Notes: generated by a model not told the origin, from the sequence alone. A DNA stretch of 64,000 nt from an uncultured Chloroflexia bacterium (GCA_963774265.1 CAVZDU010000003.1:1-64000); one strand, 5' to 3'. Numbered from the stretch's first letter, positions 9,132 through 19,316 are shown. Program-made: numbers and translations.

Positions 9132-10553
9132 ATGACAAGCGAAGCAGTCCCGCGGACAACTGAACCTGCCGCGCCGGCCAAGAAGGGCCGGCCAAAGCGC
9201 AATTGGGCGCCCTATCTGCTGATCTTGCCCTCGCTGATTTACCTGGCCGTCTTCTTCGCCATGCCCATGGTTCGTGCCATCCGGCTGGCGGTGTGGGACG
9301 AGGGGGCGTTGCTGACGTTGCGCGAGGAAGCCTCCGCCCGGGGCGGCGCGGTCGGCGCCCTGCCACAGGGCAGTCAGATCGCCCTGCTGGACCGACAGGG
9401 GATCGTGGTCGCGCCCGGCGAGCTGGCCGGCGGCGCCGCCCTCACCGAGACGTGGTTTCGCGTCGAGGGGGATGATCCGAACGGCCGCCGCGTGGAGGGC
9501 TGGGTGTCCGACAGTCGCGTCCGCGTGCGCGGCACCGATGCGCAGGGCGCACCGGCAGAGGGCACCGTGCGCGCCAAACTGGGTGCGACCGCAGATCCGC
9601 TCACCAGCCTGTATGCCGAGCCTACCGGGACGAGTGCAGTGGTGGGCAGTCTGGACAGTGGCGCCGTGGTGAGCATCAAGGAACAAGCCGTGCTGGAGGT
9701 CTGGTTCAAGGTTGAGGGCCAGCGCGACGTACAGACCGTCACCGGCTGGGCGCCATCACGCGCGCTGCAAGTGTACACCGATGGCGTCAACGGCCGCATC
9801 GACAGGGGCGACACCGGCCAGTTCACCACCACCTACATCAAGAAGATGCTCAACGACCGGTTCTTCAAGCCCGCGTTGGGCACCACCTTACTGCTGATGG
9901 TGATCATCATCCCGGTGCAGTTCATCCTCGCCATCATCATGGCGCTGGTGATCCAGGCCCGGCTGAAGTTCAGCACCATTTTCCTGGCCATCTTCGCGAT
10001 CCCCCTGGCCGCTTCCGACCTGGCCGTGGGCATCGTCTGGTATTCGGTCTTCACGCAAAGCGGCTATCTCAACAGCATCCTGCAGGCGCTGGGCCTGATC
10101 AGCAGCGCGCAGGCCTACCTCACCGCGGATACCCGCCATTGGATCATCATCGCCATCTGGCTGGCCGAGGTGTGGCGGGCCACGGCCATCGTGATGATCA
10201 TCGTGGTCTCCGGGCTGCAGGCCATCCCGCAGGAAGTGCTGGAGGCGGCCGAGGTGTTCGGCGCCTCGCTCTGGCAGCGTGTGCGCCACGTCATCCTGCC
10301 CATGCTCAAGCCTAGCCTGCAGGTGGCCCTGATCCTGCGCACCATCCTCGCTCTGCAGGTCTTCGGCGTAGTGATGGCCCTCTCGGGCGGCGAGGTGGTC
10401 ACCGTGTTGGCCCGCGAAACGTACCGCCAGTACTACGACCTACGCAGCATGAACCTGGCCGCCGCGTATGCGGGGTTCATCCTGGTGGTCTCCATGATCA
10501 CCGCCGTATTCTACCTGCGCATGGTGCGCAGCCAAGAGGAGGCCGGCCAATGA
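9132..10553 (+). CDS. Carbohydrate ABC permease with large extracytoplasmic insertion (two SH3b-like domains)
   Basis: TM1 YLLILPSLIYL; EAA loop EAAEVFGASLWQ; ~175-aa insert with two W-x-x-V...GW motifs. Confidence 0.9.
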   Translation: MTSEAVPRTTEPAAPAKKGRPKRNWAPYLLILPSLIYLAVFFAMPMVRAIRLAVWDEGALLTLREEASARGGAVGALPQGSQIALLDRQGIVVAPGELAGGAALTETWFRVEGDDPNGRRVEGWVSDSRVRVRGTDAQGAPAEGTVRAKLGATADPLTSLYAEPTGTSAVVGSLDSGAVVSIKEQAVLEVWFKVEGQRDVQTVTGWAPSRALQVYTDGVNGRIDRGDTGQFTTTYIKKMLNDRFFKPALGTTLLLMVIIIPVQFILAIIMALVIQARLKFSTIFLAIFAIPLAASDLAVGIVWYSVFTQSGYLNSILQALGLISSAQAYLTADTRHWIIIAIWLAEVWRATAIVMIIVVSGLQAIPQEVLEAAEVFGASLWQRVRHVILPMLKPSLQVALILRTILALQVFGVVMALSGGEVVTVLARETYRQYYDLRSMNLAAAYAGFILVVSMITAVFYLRMVRSQEEAGQ

Positions 10554-11441
10554 CAACCGCAAACGCTCCCGGCGCCTCCGGCGCCCTGGTTTCAGCCGAG
10601 ATGGCGACCGTGCGCAGCGAAAGCCCGCCGCCGCATGATGGTGAGCCGCGCCTTCACCTACCTGGTGGGCATCGTCCTTTGCTTGTGGGTGTTGGTGCCG
10701 ATCTGGTTAATCGCCTCTTTGGCACTGACCACGCCCGAGACGGTGCGCTCCTATCCCAAGGGCGTGCTGCCCTTCATCCCCTTCTCGTTCGAGACCATGC
10801 GCTTCTTCTTGCAGTCGAACGGCATCGTCTCCGGCCTGATCAACAGCGTGGTGGTCGCCATGCTCACCCTGGCGCTGTCGACGCTGATCGCCGCGCCGGC
10901 GGGCTACGCCATCTCACGTTACCTGTTCCGGGGTCGCGATGTCTTCCGCCTCTCAATCCTGGCGGTGCGCGCCTTCCCGGTGGTGATCCTCTCTATTCCG
11001 CTGGCCGTCACCTTCATCAACCTGGGCATCTTCGACAAGGTCTACAGCCTGGCGTTGATGCACACCGCGCTAACCCTGCCTACCACCATCCTGGTGATCG
11101 GTAGCGTGTTCGCCAGCATCCCCTACGAACTGGAGGAGGCGGCACAGGTGTTCGGGTGCACGCCCATCCAGGCGTTCCGGCGGGTGGTGCTGCCCCTGGT
11201 GCTGCCGGGCATCGCCGCATCCGCCGTCTTCACCTTCGTAATGTCGTGGAACGAGGTTTTCGCGGCCACCGTGTTGACAGTGCAAAACCGCACCCTGCCC
11301 GCGCAGGTGCTGGTCTCGCTGCAGACATCGGGAGAGCCCTACAAGTTCGCCGGCGGGTTCTTCATGCTGGTGCCCTCGGTGATCTTCATCTTCGCGATCC
11401 GCAAATACCTGTTCAACATGTGGGGACAGATCAGCAAGTAG
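10550..11441 (+). CDS. Carbohydrate ABC permease (possible frameshift near 10625, or start at 10635)
   Basis: ORF 10635-11441 with AGYAISR and ELEEAAQVFGC EAA motif; ATGA overlap with the previous gene at 10550. Confidence 0.88.
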
Positions 11442-11459
11442 CCCAACAGGAGCACGAGC

Positions 11460-12554
11460 ATGGCTGAGATCAAGATCGAAAATGTAACCAAACGCTTCGG
11501 CAACTTCGTCGCGGTCAATGACGCCAACCTGACGATCGGCGACCGGGAGTTCATGGTGTTACTCGGCCCCAGCGGCTGTGGCAAGACCACCCTGTTGCGC
11601 GCGATCGCCGGACTGGGCGCAGCCGACGAGGGGCGGATCAGCATCGGCGGCCGGGAAGTGACCTACCTGCCCCCACGCGAGCGGGGTATCTCGATGGTGT
11701 TCCAGAGCTACGCCATCTTCCCGCACATGACGGTGTTCGACAACGTCGCCTTCGGCCTGAGCATGCAGAAGCTGGATAAGGCGGAGATCGACCGCCGCGT
11801 GAACCGGGCCGCGGAACTGCTCCACATCGAGAAGATGCTGGACAGGTATCCTTCCAAGATGAGCGGCGGCCAACGCCAGCGCGTGGCCGTGGCGCGCGCG
11901 ATCGCCATGCAGTCGCAGGTGCTGCTGATGGATGAGCCGCTGAGCAACCTCGACGCACTGCTGCGACTGGAGATGCGGGCCGAGCTCAAGCGGCTGTTGG
12001 CTGAGTTGGGCGCCACGACCATCTACGTCACCCACGACCAGATCGAGGCGATGAGTATGGGCGACCGCATTGCGGTCATGAAGGACGGCATCATCGAGCA
12101 GGTGGACCGCCCGACCACTATCTACGATTTCCCGGCCAACCAGTTCATCGGCGGCTTTATCGGCAACCCGCCCATGAATTTCCTGGAGGGCCAGGTGCAG
12201 CGGCAGAACGGGCACATCGTCGTGCAGCTCGGTGATTTTACTCTGACGCCACAGCCGCCGATGCAGCCGGTGCTGTCCCCATACGATGGCAAACCGATCA
12301 TGGTGGGGATCCGCGCGGAGAACATGGAGACGCTGAACAGCCCCGCCGAGGATGCACTGAAGGCCAGCGTGCTGGTGGTTGAGCCTCTGGGCTCGCAGAA
12401 CTTGCTGACCGTGGCCTTCGGCACGCACAAGATCAAGGTCTCCACTCATCCGAGCTTCGAGACCCAGGCCGACGCGGACGTGTGGCTGCGCTTCCCGGCC
12501 GACAGCATCCGCTGGATCGACCCGGACTCGAAACGCACGCTTTACCCAGGGTAG
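11460..12554 (+). CDS. Sugar ABC transporter ATP-binding protein (MalK/MsmX-like)
   Basis: GPSGCGKT Walker A, MSGGQRQR signature, LLMDEPLSNLD, YVTHDQ, C-terminal TOBE region. Confidence 0.97.
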   Translation: MAEIKIENVTKRFGNFVAVNDANLTIGDREFMVLLGPSGCGKTTLLRAIAGLGAADEGRISIGGREVTYLPPRERGISMVFQSYAIFPHMTVFDNVAFGLSMQKLDKAEIDRRVNRAAELLHIEKMLDRYPSKMSGGQRQRVAVARAIAMQSQVLLMDEPLSNLDALLRLEMRAELKRLLAELGATTIYVTHDQIEAMSMGDRIAVMKDGIIEQVDRPTTIYDFPANQFIGGFIGNPPMNFLEGQVQRQNGHIVVQLGDFTLTPQPPMQPVLSPYDGKPIMVGIRAENMETLNSPAEDALKASVLVVEPLGSQNLLTVAFGTHKIKVSTHPSFETQADADVWLRFPADSIRWIDPDSKRTLYPG

Positions 12555-12581
12555 GTGATCTTGCGAAGCCTGTGGATGGCG

Positions 12582-12658
12582 GTGAAACATGATGCGTGAA
12601 ACGTGATTGCGGTCAGGGACGTCTTTCGCAGGCTCCGAGTCACATTTCACGTTTCACG
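12582..12658. repeat. Inverted heptamer arrays (GTGAAAC)n / (GTTTCAC)n
   Basis: GTGAAAC-ATGATGC-GTGAAAC-GTGA on the left and TCACATT-TCACGTT-TCACG on the right. The two arrays are complementary. Confidence 0.65.
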
Positions 12659-12689
12659 AACTCCCTGACATACGGATTGACAGGTGGCT

Positions 12690-13985
12690 ATGAACATTGG
12701 CTTCATCTCTACACGCATTGCCGGCACCGATGGCGTGTCGTTGGAAATTGCCAAGCTGGCCAGGATCCTGCGCCGCCTGGGGCATGACTGCTGCTATTGC
12801 GCGGGCGAGCTGGACGCAAGCTTCGCGCCGGGACATCTCGTGCCAGAGATGCACTTCACCCACCCCGAGGCGCGCTGGATCCACGATCACAGCTTTGGGA
12901 CGACCGAGGCCGCGGCCGGCCTGTACGAGCGCATCGCGGCGATGGCTGACCTACTGCAAGCTGCCATCGGCCGTTTTGTGGACGAGCAGCGCGTCGACGT
13001 GCTATTCGCACAAAACGCGCTCGCCATCCCCATGCACGTGCCGCTGGGCGTGGCCCTGACTGACTTCATCACCGCGACCGGGATGCCCACCCTGGCCCAT
13101 AACCACGACCTGGCCTGGGAGCGCGAGCGCTTCGCGGTCAACTGCATCCCGGGTATCCTGGAACGCTGCTTCCCACCGGCCCTGCCGTCAATCCGCCACC
13201 TGGCCATCAACTCGCTGGCCCGGGCGGCCATGGCGCAGCGCAAGGGAATCCAGGCTGTCGTGCTGCCCAACATCTTTGACTATGCCGCGGCGGCTCCTGC
13301 CATGTCCCCCGCCAACGCCGGCCTGCGGGCCAGCCTGGGGCTCAGCGACGCGCAACTGCTGATCCTGCAGCCGACGCGCGTCATCGCGCGCAAGGGGATC
13401 GAGCTGGCCATCGAGCTGATGCGGCGGCTGCGGGAGCCTGCGGTTCACCACCGGCTGTTGGGCAAAGAGCCCGTCCTGGTCATCACCCACCACGCGGGCG
13501 ACGAGGGGTTGGCCTACCTGGAGGGGCTTCAAGAGCAGGCCAGACGGGACGGCGTGCCGTTCATCTACGCTGCCGAGCGCTTTGGGGCGCAGGCCAGCAT
13601 GACCGGCGGCCGGCCCGTCTACTCGCTGTGGGATGCGTATGTGCACGCGGACTTTGTGACTTACCCCAGCGTGATCGAGGGCTTCGGCAACGCATTGCTG
13701 GAAGCGCTGTACTTTCGCGTGCCGGCGCTGGTTAACCGCTACCCGGTTTATGCGGCCGACATCGGGCCGCTCGGCTTCGACCTGGTGGAGATCGACGCGG
13801 GCGGCGACCCGAATAACCTGGCCGCGGTGACACATGAGACGATCGACGCAGTGATCGAGGCCATCATCGACCCGGTGCGCCGGCGGCGCATGGTGGAGTG
13901 GAACTACCACCTGGCCCGCCAGCACTATTCACTCGAGGCCGTCACGCCGCTATTGGCATCGCTGTTGGAGGGTGCGCCCTTATGA
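12690..13985 (+). CDS. Glycosyltransferase family 4, mannosylglucosylglycerate-synthase-like
   Basis: MNIGFISTRIAGTDGVSLE N-terminus, HNHDLAWER, LQPTRVIARKGIE, YPSVIEGFGNALLEA. Confidence 0.85.
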   Translation: MNIGFISTRIAGTDGVSLEIAKLARILRRLGHDCCYCAGELDASFAPGHLVPEMHFTHPEARWIHDHSFGTTEAAAGLYERIAAMADLLQAAIGRFVDEQRVDVLFAQNALAIPMHVPLGVALTDFITATGMPTLAHNHDLAWERERFAVNCIPGILERCFPPALPSIRHLAINSLARAAMAQRKGIQAVVLPNIFDYAAAAPAMSPANAGLRASLGLSDAQLLILQPTRVIARKGIELAIELMRRLREPAVHHRLLGKEPVLVITHHAGDEGLAYLEGLQEQARRDGVPFIYAAERFGAQASMTGGRPVYSLWDAYVHADFVTYPSVIEGFGNALLEALYFRVPALVNRYPVYAADIGPLGFDLVEIDAGGDPNNLAAVTHETIDAVIEAIIDPVRRRRMVEWNYHLARQHYSLEAVTPLLASLLEGAPL

Positions 13986-15322
13986 CCATCTCGCCTGACG
14001 ACCGTTGGGAGTTGCTGCGTCGCGCACGCGATGTTCTGGACGCGAACTGGCGGGGCAGCTTCTCCGTGCCCGCACTGCGCCAATACCCATACCAGTGGTC
14101 GTGGGATTCGGCCTTCGTCGCGATTGGCTACGCGCGATTCGACCAGTACCGCGCAGAGGAAGAGCTTCGGTCCCTCTTCGCGGCGCAGTGGTCCGATGGC
14201 CGTGTGCCGCACATCGTCTTCCATGAGGCGGATCCGGCGGCGCCCTACTTCCCTGGGCCGGCCTTCTGGCAGATCGAGCGCAATCCTCATGCGCCGGCCC
14301 ACCATCACACCACGGGCATCGTGCAGCCACCCATCCATGCCACCGCCATACGCCACATCTATCGCTGTGCAGAGGACCGGCCGCGTGCACTGGCCTACGT
14401 GGCCGAGATGTTCCCGCGGCTGCGTGCCTGGCACGACTTCCTGTATCGCGAGCGCGATCCGCGACGCGAAGGGCTGGTCTACATCTGCCACCCGTGGGAG
14501 TCGGGCCAGGACAACTCGCCTCTGTGGGACGCGGTCCTGGCGCGTATGGCGCTGCGGCCCGAGCAGGTCCCGCCTTACCGCCGCGCTGACACCAACGCGG
14601 TGGACCCGGCCGAGCGGCCGCTGGACTCTGACTACGATTGCTACATCTTCCTGGTGGACTTCTTCCGGCAGCGGGGGTACGACCAGGGGCGCATCTACGC
14701 GGACGGCTGCCCGTTCCTGGTGCAGGATGTCCTGTTCAACACCCTGCTGTGCCGCGCCGAGCAAGACATGGCGGCGCTGGCGCGACTGGTGAGCGCGGAC
14801 CCCGCGCCGTTCGCGGCCCGCGCGGCGGCCACCGCTGCTGCCATCGACGCGAAGTTGTGGGATGAAGACCGCGGCCTCTATGTAGACTATGATCTGGCAG
14901 CCGGCGCGGCGATCCCGGTGCCCGCGCTGGCGGGTTTCTCGCCCCTGTTCGCGGGCATCCCTGACGCCGCGCGCGCCCGCCGCATGCTCGCCTACCTGGA
15001 GAGCCCGGCGTTCGGTGTGGCGCCCGGCGGGACCGGTTTCCCGGCCGCCTCCTACGACCGGACCGCGCCCGGGTACGAGCCGCAGCGCTACTGGCGAGGC
15101 CCCGCCTGGATCCAAATGAACTGGCTGCTGATGCACGGCCTCGCAGCGTACGGCTACGCTGCCCACGCCGAGCGGCTGCGGTCGGCCATCTCCGACCTGC
15201 CGGCTGTGGGCGGCTTTCGCGAGTATTTCAACCCCGACACCGGCGCTGGATACGGCGCCGAGGCGTTCTCGTGGACCGCTGCGCTGCTGATCGATGCGCT
15301 GCACGGCGAGCAGGCCGCCTGA
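13982..15322 (+). CDS. GH63-like glucosylglycerate/mannosylglycerate hydrolase
   Basis: YPYQWSWDSAF, GIVQPP, HPWESGQDNSP, YWRGPAW, FREYFNP, FSWTAA. Confidence 0.9.
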   Translation: MTISPDDRWELLRRARDVLDANWRGSFSVPALRQYPYQWSWDSAFVAIGYARFDQYRAEEELRSLFAAQWSDGRVPHIVFHEADPAAPYFPGPAFWQIERNPHAPAHHHTTGIVQPPIHATAIRHIYRCAEDRPRALAYVAEMFPRLRAWHDFLYRERDPRREGLVYICHPWESGQDNSPLWDAVLARMALRPEQVPPYRRADTNAVDPAERPLDSDYDCYIFLVDFFRQRGYDQGRIYADGCPFLVQDVLFNTLLCRAEQDMAALARLVSADPAPFAARAAATAAAIDAKLWDEDRGLYVDYDLAAGAAIPVPALAGFSPLFAGIPDAARARRMLAYLESPAFGVAPGGTGFPAASYDRTAPGYEPQRYWRGPAWIQMNWLLMHGLAAYGYAAHAERLRSAISDLPAVGGFREYFNPDTGAGYGAEAFSWTAALLIDALHGEQAA

Positions 15323-15348
15323 GCGCTCCCGCAAAGGAGAGCCCACAG

Positions 15349-17144
15349 ATGACCGACCCCACCACCCGCATCACCCGTTTGCTGGCTGCCCTGTACGGCG
15401 AAGAGGAAGCGGCACGGACCTGGCTGGCGCTGGCCGCCCGGATGGACGCGTTTCGCCGGTTCGGAAACCGGGTCTCTGCCAGAAACCCGGTCTCTGAGCC
15501 GGCTGAGGACCGCCTGACCGAGCGCGACGCAATCCTGATCACCTACGGCGATCAGTTTCGTGAGCCGGGCCGGCCTCCGCTGCAAACGCTGCGCACCTTT
15601 CTGGACGACTACCTGCGCGACGCGATCAGTGGGGTGCACATCCTGCCGTGTTTCCCGTACTCGTCGGATGACGGCTTCTCGGTGATCGACTACCAGCAGA
15701 TCGACCCCAACCTGGGCGATTGGGATGATGTGGCGGCACTGGGCGAGCGCTACCGCTTGATGTTCGACTTTGTCGCCAACCACATCTCGCAGCACAGCGC
15801 CTGGTTCAAAGCCTTTCGCCGCGGCAAGGCGCCGTACAACGACTACTTCATCACCGTGGACCCGCGCGCCGACCTCTCGCAGGTGGTGCGGCCGCGGGCG
15901 CTGCCGTTGCTGACGCTGGTCGAGACGCCCGGCGGCACGCGCCACGTCTGGACCACCTTCAGCACCGACCAAATCGACCTCAACTTCGCCAATCCCCAGG
16001 TGCTCCTGGAGATGACCGACGTGCTGCAGCACTACGTCGCCCAGGGCGCGGAGATCATCCGCCTCGACGCCATCGCCTATCTCTGGAAGACGATCGGCAC
16101 GCCGTGCATCCATCTCCCGCAGACCCACGCGGTGGTCAAGCTGTGGCGGGCCGTGCTGGATGCGGTTGCACCGGAGGTCTTGCTGATCACCGAGACCAAC
16201 GTGCCGCACACGGACAACATCAGCTACTTCGGCGCGCCCCTTCCTGAGACGGGCAGCACTGATGAGGCCCAGCTGGTCTACAACTTCTCGCTGGCGCCGC
16301 TGACACTGCACGCGCTGCAGACGGCAGACGCATCCTACCTGACCCGGTGGGCTGCGACGCTCAAGCCTCCCTCGGCGGGAGCGACCTTCTTCAACTTCAT
16401 CGCCTCCCACGACGGCATCGGCGTGCTGCCCGCGCGCGGCTTTCTGAACGAGGCCCAGGTGCAGGGGTTGGCAGACCGCGCTCTGGCCCACGGCGGGCAG
16501 GTGTCCTACAAATCGAACCCGGACGGTTCTACCAGTGCGTATGAGTTGAACATCACCCTCTATGACTTCCTCAACGACCCCGCCAGCCCTGACCCGGCGG
16601 TCGATGTGCCGCGGTTCATGGCCTCACAGGCCATCCTGCTATCGCTGGCCGGCGTGCCGGGCATCTATGTCCACAGCCTCTTCGGTTCTCGCAACTGCCA
16701 CTTCTGCTTCGCTGAGACCGGCCGGCCGCGTCTCTGAACCGCCGCAAGTTCGATCGCGCGGCGCTGGAGGCGGACCTGGCCGATGCCGCGGGGCACACGC
16801 GCCGTGTGTTCGACGGCTATTGCCGGATGCTGCGGCTGCGCCGGGCCGAGCCCGCGTTCCACCCGGGCGGTGGTCAACAGGTCCTCGACCTGGGGCCGTC
16901 GATCTTGGCGGTGGCGCGGACACCGCCAGGAGACGGACGGCCGGTGCTGTGCCTGGTGAACGTCTCCCCAGAGCCACAGAGGGTTCGTTTCGTAACTAAC
17001 GCTGGCAACATCCGCACCGGCGGCGCATATCGTGACTTGCTCGAGGGCGCCGCGCATGATGTATGCGAGGACGCGATGGCGGTTGAGCTGGCGGGATACC
17101 AGGTCCGCTGGCTGGCCGCGTCATCCATGACGGCCCTGAAGTAG
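15349..17144 (+). CDS. GH13_18 sugar phosphorylase, glucosylglycerate phosphorylase-type (YcjM-like); apparent frameshift near 16730
   Basis: ILITYGD, GVHILP, SSDDGFSV, DFVANH, WTTFSTDQIDLN, RLDAIAY, ITETNVPH, FIASHDGIG, YELNIT; continues in ORF 16806-17144 (LRRAEPAFHP). Confidence 0.88.
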
Positions 17145-17253
17145 AGGGCTTCGGCGAACGTTTCACTGCCGCCCTTGCTGATGAGAGTCGTCAGCGGGCG
17201 TCCACCGCAACCTTCCGCCCGGGAGAAGTAGTCTGGCAAGGAGGACCACCTCT

Positions 17254-18605
17254 ATGCCCCCGATCAAACCGATGATCATCGGCGCCGGCAGCCGGGGCGC
17301 CGGTTACGCGGAGTACGCACGCGCGTACCCAGAGCAGGCAGAGGTTGTGGGCGTTGCCGACCCGCGAAGATTGCCGGGCGCAGCTCACCGCACGGCACGG
17401 CGTCCCGGCCGGCAAGGTCTTCGCGGACTGGCGAGAGGCGGCCGAAGGCCCCAGGTTCGCCGATGCCGTGGTCATCGCCACACCCGACGCGCTGCACGTC
17501 GAGCCGGCCGTCGCCTTCGCGGCGTTGGGCTATCACATCCTGCTGGAGAAGCCGATGGCGCCCAACGCCGAGGACTGCCGCCGGATCGTCGCGGCCGCGG
17601 CAGGCCAGCGATGGGCTGTTCGCGGTCTGCCACGTGCTGCGCTACACGACCTACACCAAGAAGGTCAAGGAGATCGTGGCGTCGGGTCGGCTCGGCGAAC
17701 TCATCAGCATACGGCACCTCGAACCGGTCGGCTACTGGCACCAGGCTCACTCTTACGTGCGCGGCAACTGGCGCAATGAACGGGACTCTTCCCCCATGCT
17801 GCTTGCCAAGTCATGCCACGACCTGGACTGGCTCCGCCACATCATGGACAAGCGCTGCACGCAGGTCTCATCCTTCGGCAGCCTGATGCATTTCCGACCC
17901 GAGAACCGGCCGCCGGGCGCGGCCGACCGCTGCCTGGTCTGCAGCATAGAGCCGGCCTGTCCCTACTCCGCGCCCAAGATCTACCTGGGCCGCGTCCGCC
18001 GCGGCGAGACCGAATGGCCCGTGAATGTCCTGACCCCCGACGTGACCGAAGCTGGCGTGACGGAGGCGCTGCGCACAGGGCCGTACGGCCGCTGCGTCTA
18101 CGCCTGCGACAACGATGTCGTGGACCACCAGGTCGTCAACATGCAGTTCGAGGATGGCGCGACGGCCGGCTTCACCATGACTGCGTTCAATCGCAAGCGC
18201 GACCGCGAAACGCACATCTTCGGCACGCGCGGTGAGCTATACGGCAACGGGCAGTTCATCGAGGTGTACGATTTCCTGACGGACAACACGGAGCGGCTCG
18301 ACGTAGCGCCGGCCAGCGATGGTTCCATCCCTTCGACAGGCTCAGGGCAAGCTTTGAGCGGGCACGGCGGCGGTGACCTGGCGCTGATGACTCACTTCGT
18401 CGGCGCGCTGATCAGGAATGACCCGTCGCTGATCCTGTCGGGGCCGGCCGAGTCGCTGGAGACGCACATGATGGTGTTTGCCGCAGAACAAGCCCGGCGC
18501 GAGAATCGCGTGATCGAGGTCCCTATTCCGCGCTTCCCTCCGCGGGAGTGGCCGGCGGCTTCGGCAGGGGGTCTTTGCCCAGCAGCTTCGTGCGGACGAG
18601 GTTGA
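17254..18605 (+). CDS. Gfo/Idh/MocA family oxidoreductase (two apparent frameshifts near 17368 and 17603)
   Basis: IIGAGSRG, ILLEKPMA, VCHVLRY, HSYVRGNWR, LAKSCHDLD, YGRCVY, SGHGGGD across three ORFs. Confidence 0.88.
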
Positions 18606-19209
18606 TGATGCTGTGCTTGTTGTCCTTCCACACATGCCAAACCGTCGGCAGGCCCGGGATGAAGAAGAAGGCCAGCACGAGCAGCGTGAAGTATCGGTCG
18701 ACGCCTTCGATGTTGCCCAGGGTCCGGCCCAGGATATAACCCAACAACGTCATGCCCGTGGCCCAGACCGCACCGCCGATCAGGTTGAAGAAAACAAAGC
18801 GTTGGTAGTTCATTGACGCCGCGCCGGCCACGATCGGCGCGAACGTCCGGATGAAGGGCAGCCAGCGGGCCAGAGTGATCGTCTTCCCGCCGTGCTTCTC
18901 GTAGAATGCTTTGGCTTTGAGCAGGTTCTCCCGCTTGAACAGGAAGGAGTTCGGCCGGTTGAAGATTTTCGGCCCCGTCTTGGCGCCGAACCAGAATCCG
19001 ACATTATCTCCCAGCACCGCGGCCACGAACAGCAGCGGCATGAGGATGTAGATGTTCAGGATGCCCCGTGACGCGAGCAACCCCGCGGTCAGGAGCAGGC
19101 TGTCACCCGGGAAGAAAAAACCGAAGAATAGCCCGGACTCCGCAAAGATAATAAGGAACAGGCCGACGTAGCCGACCGTTTCAATCAGTTTGACCAGGTC
19201 AAATCCCAT
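18523..19209 (-). CDS. dedA: DedA/VTT family membrane protein
   Basis: FAESGLFFGFFFPGDSLL, GDNVGF, FYEKHGGKTI, ARWLPFIRTFAP. Confidence 0.93.
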   Translation of the reverse strand: MGFDLVKLIETVGYVGLFLIIFAESGLFFGFFFPGDSLLLTAGLLASRGILNIYILMPLLFVAAVLGDNVGFWFGAKTGPKIFNRPNSFLFKRENLLKAKAFYEKHGGKTITLARWLPFIRTFAPIVAGAASMNYQRFVFFNLIGGAVWATGMTLLGYILGRTLGNIEGVDRYFTLLVLAFFFIPGLPTVWHVWKDNKHSIINLVRTKLLGKDPLPKPPATPAEGSAE

Positions 19210-19237
19210 TTACCACCTCAGTTGCCCTAGACGCGTC

Positions 19238-19261
19238 GCGCCGGGATCATGATCCCGGCGC
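19238..19261. repeat. Perfect 24-bp palindrome in dedA 5' region
   Basis: GCGCCGGGATCATGATCCCGGCGC. Confidence 0.6.
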
Positions 19262-19316
19262 ATACTTTGTATAGTATAGCATCTTCACCCCCCTTCTCCA
19301 AAAGTATTCGACGCGT

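Noticed and set aside
17152-17167. Third LacI operator upstream of the second Gfo/Idh/MocA gene
   Set aside because: Only the AACGTTT core matches; the flanks differ from the two clear operators.
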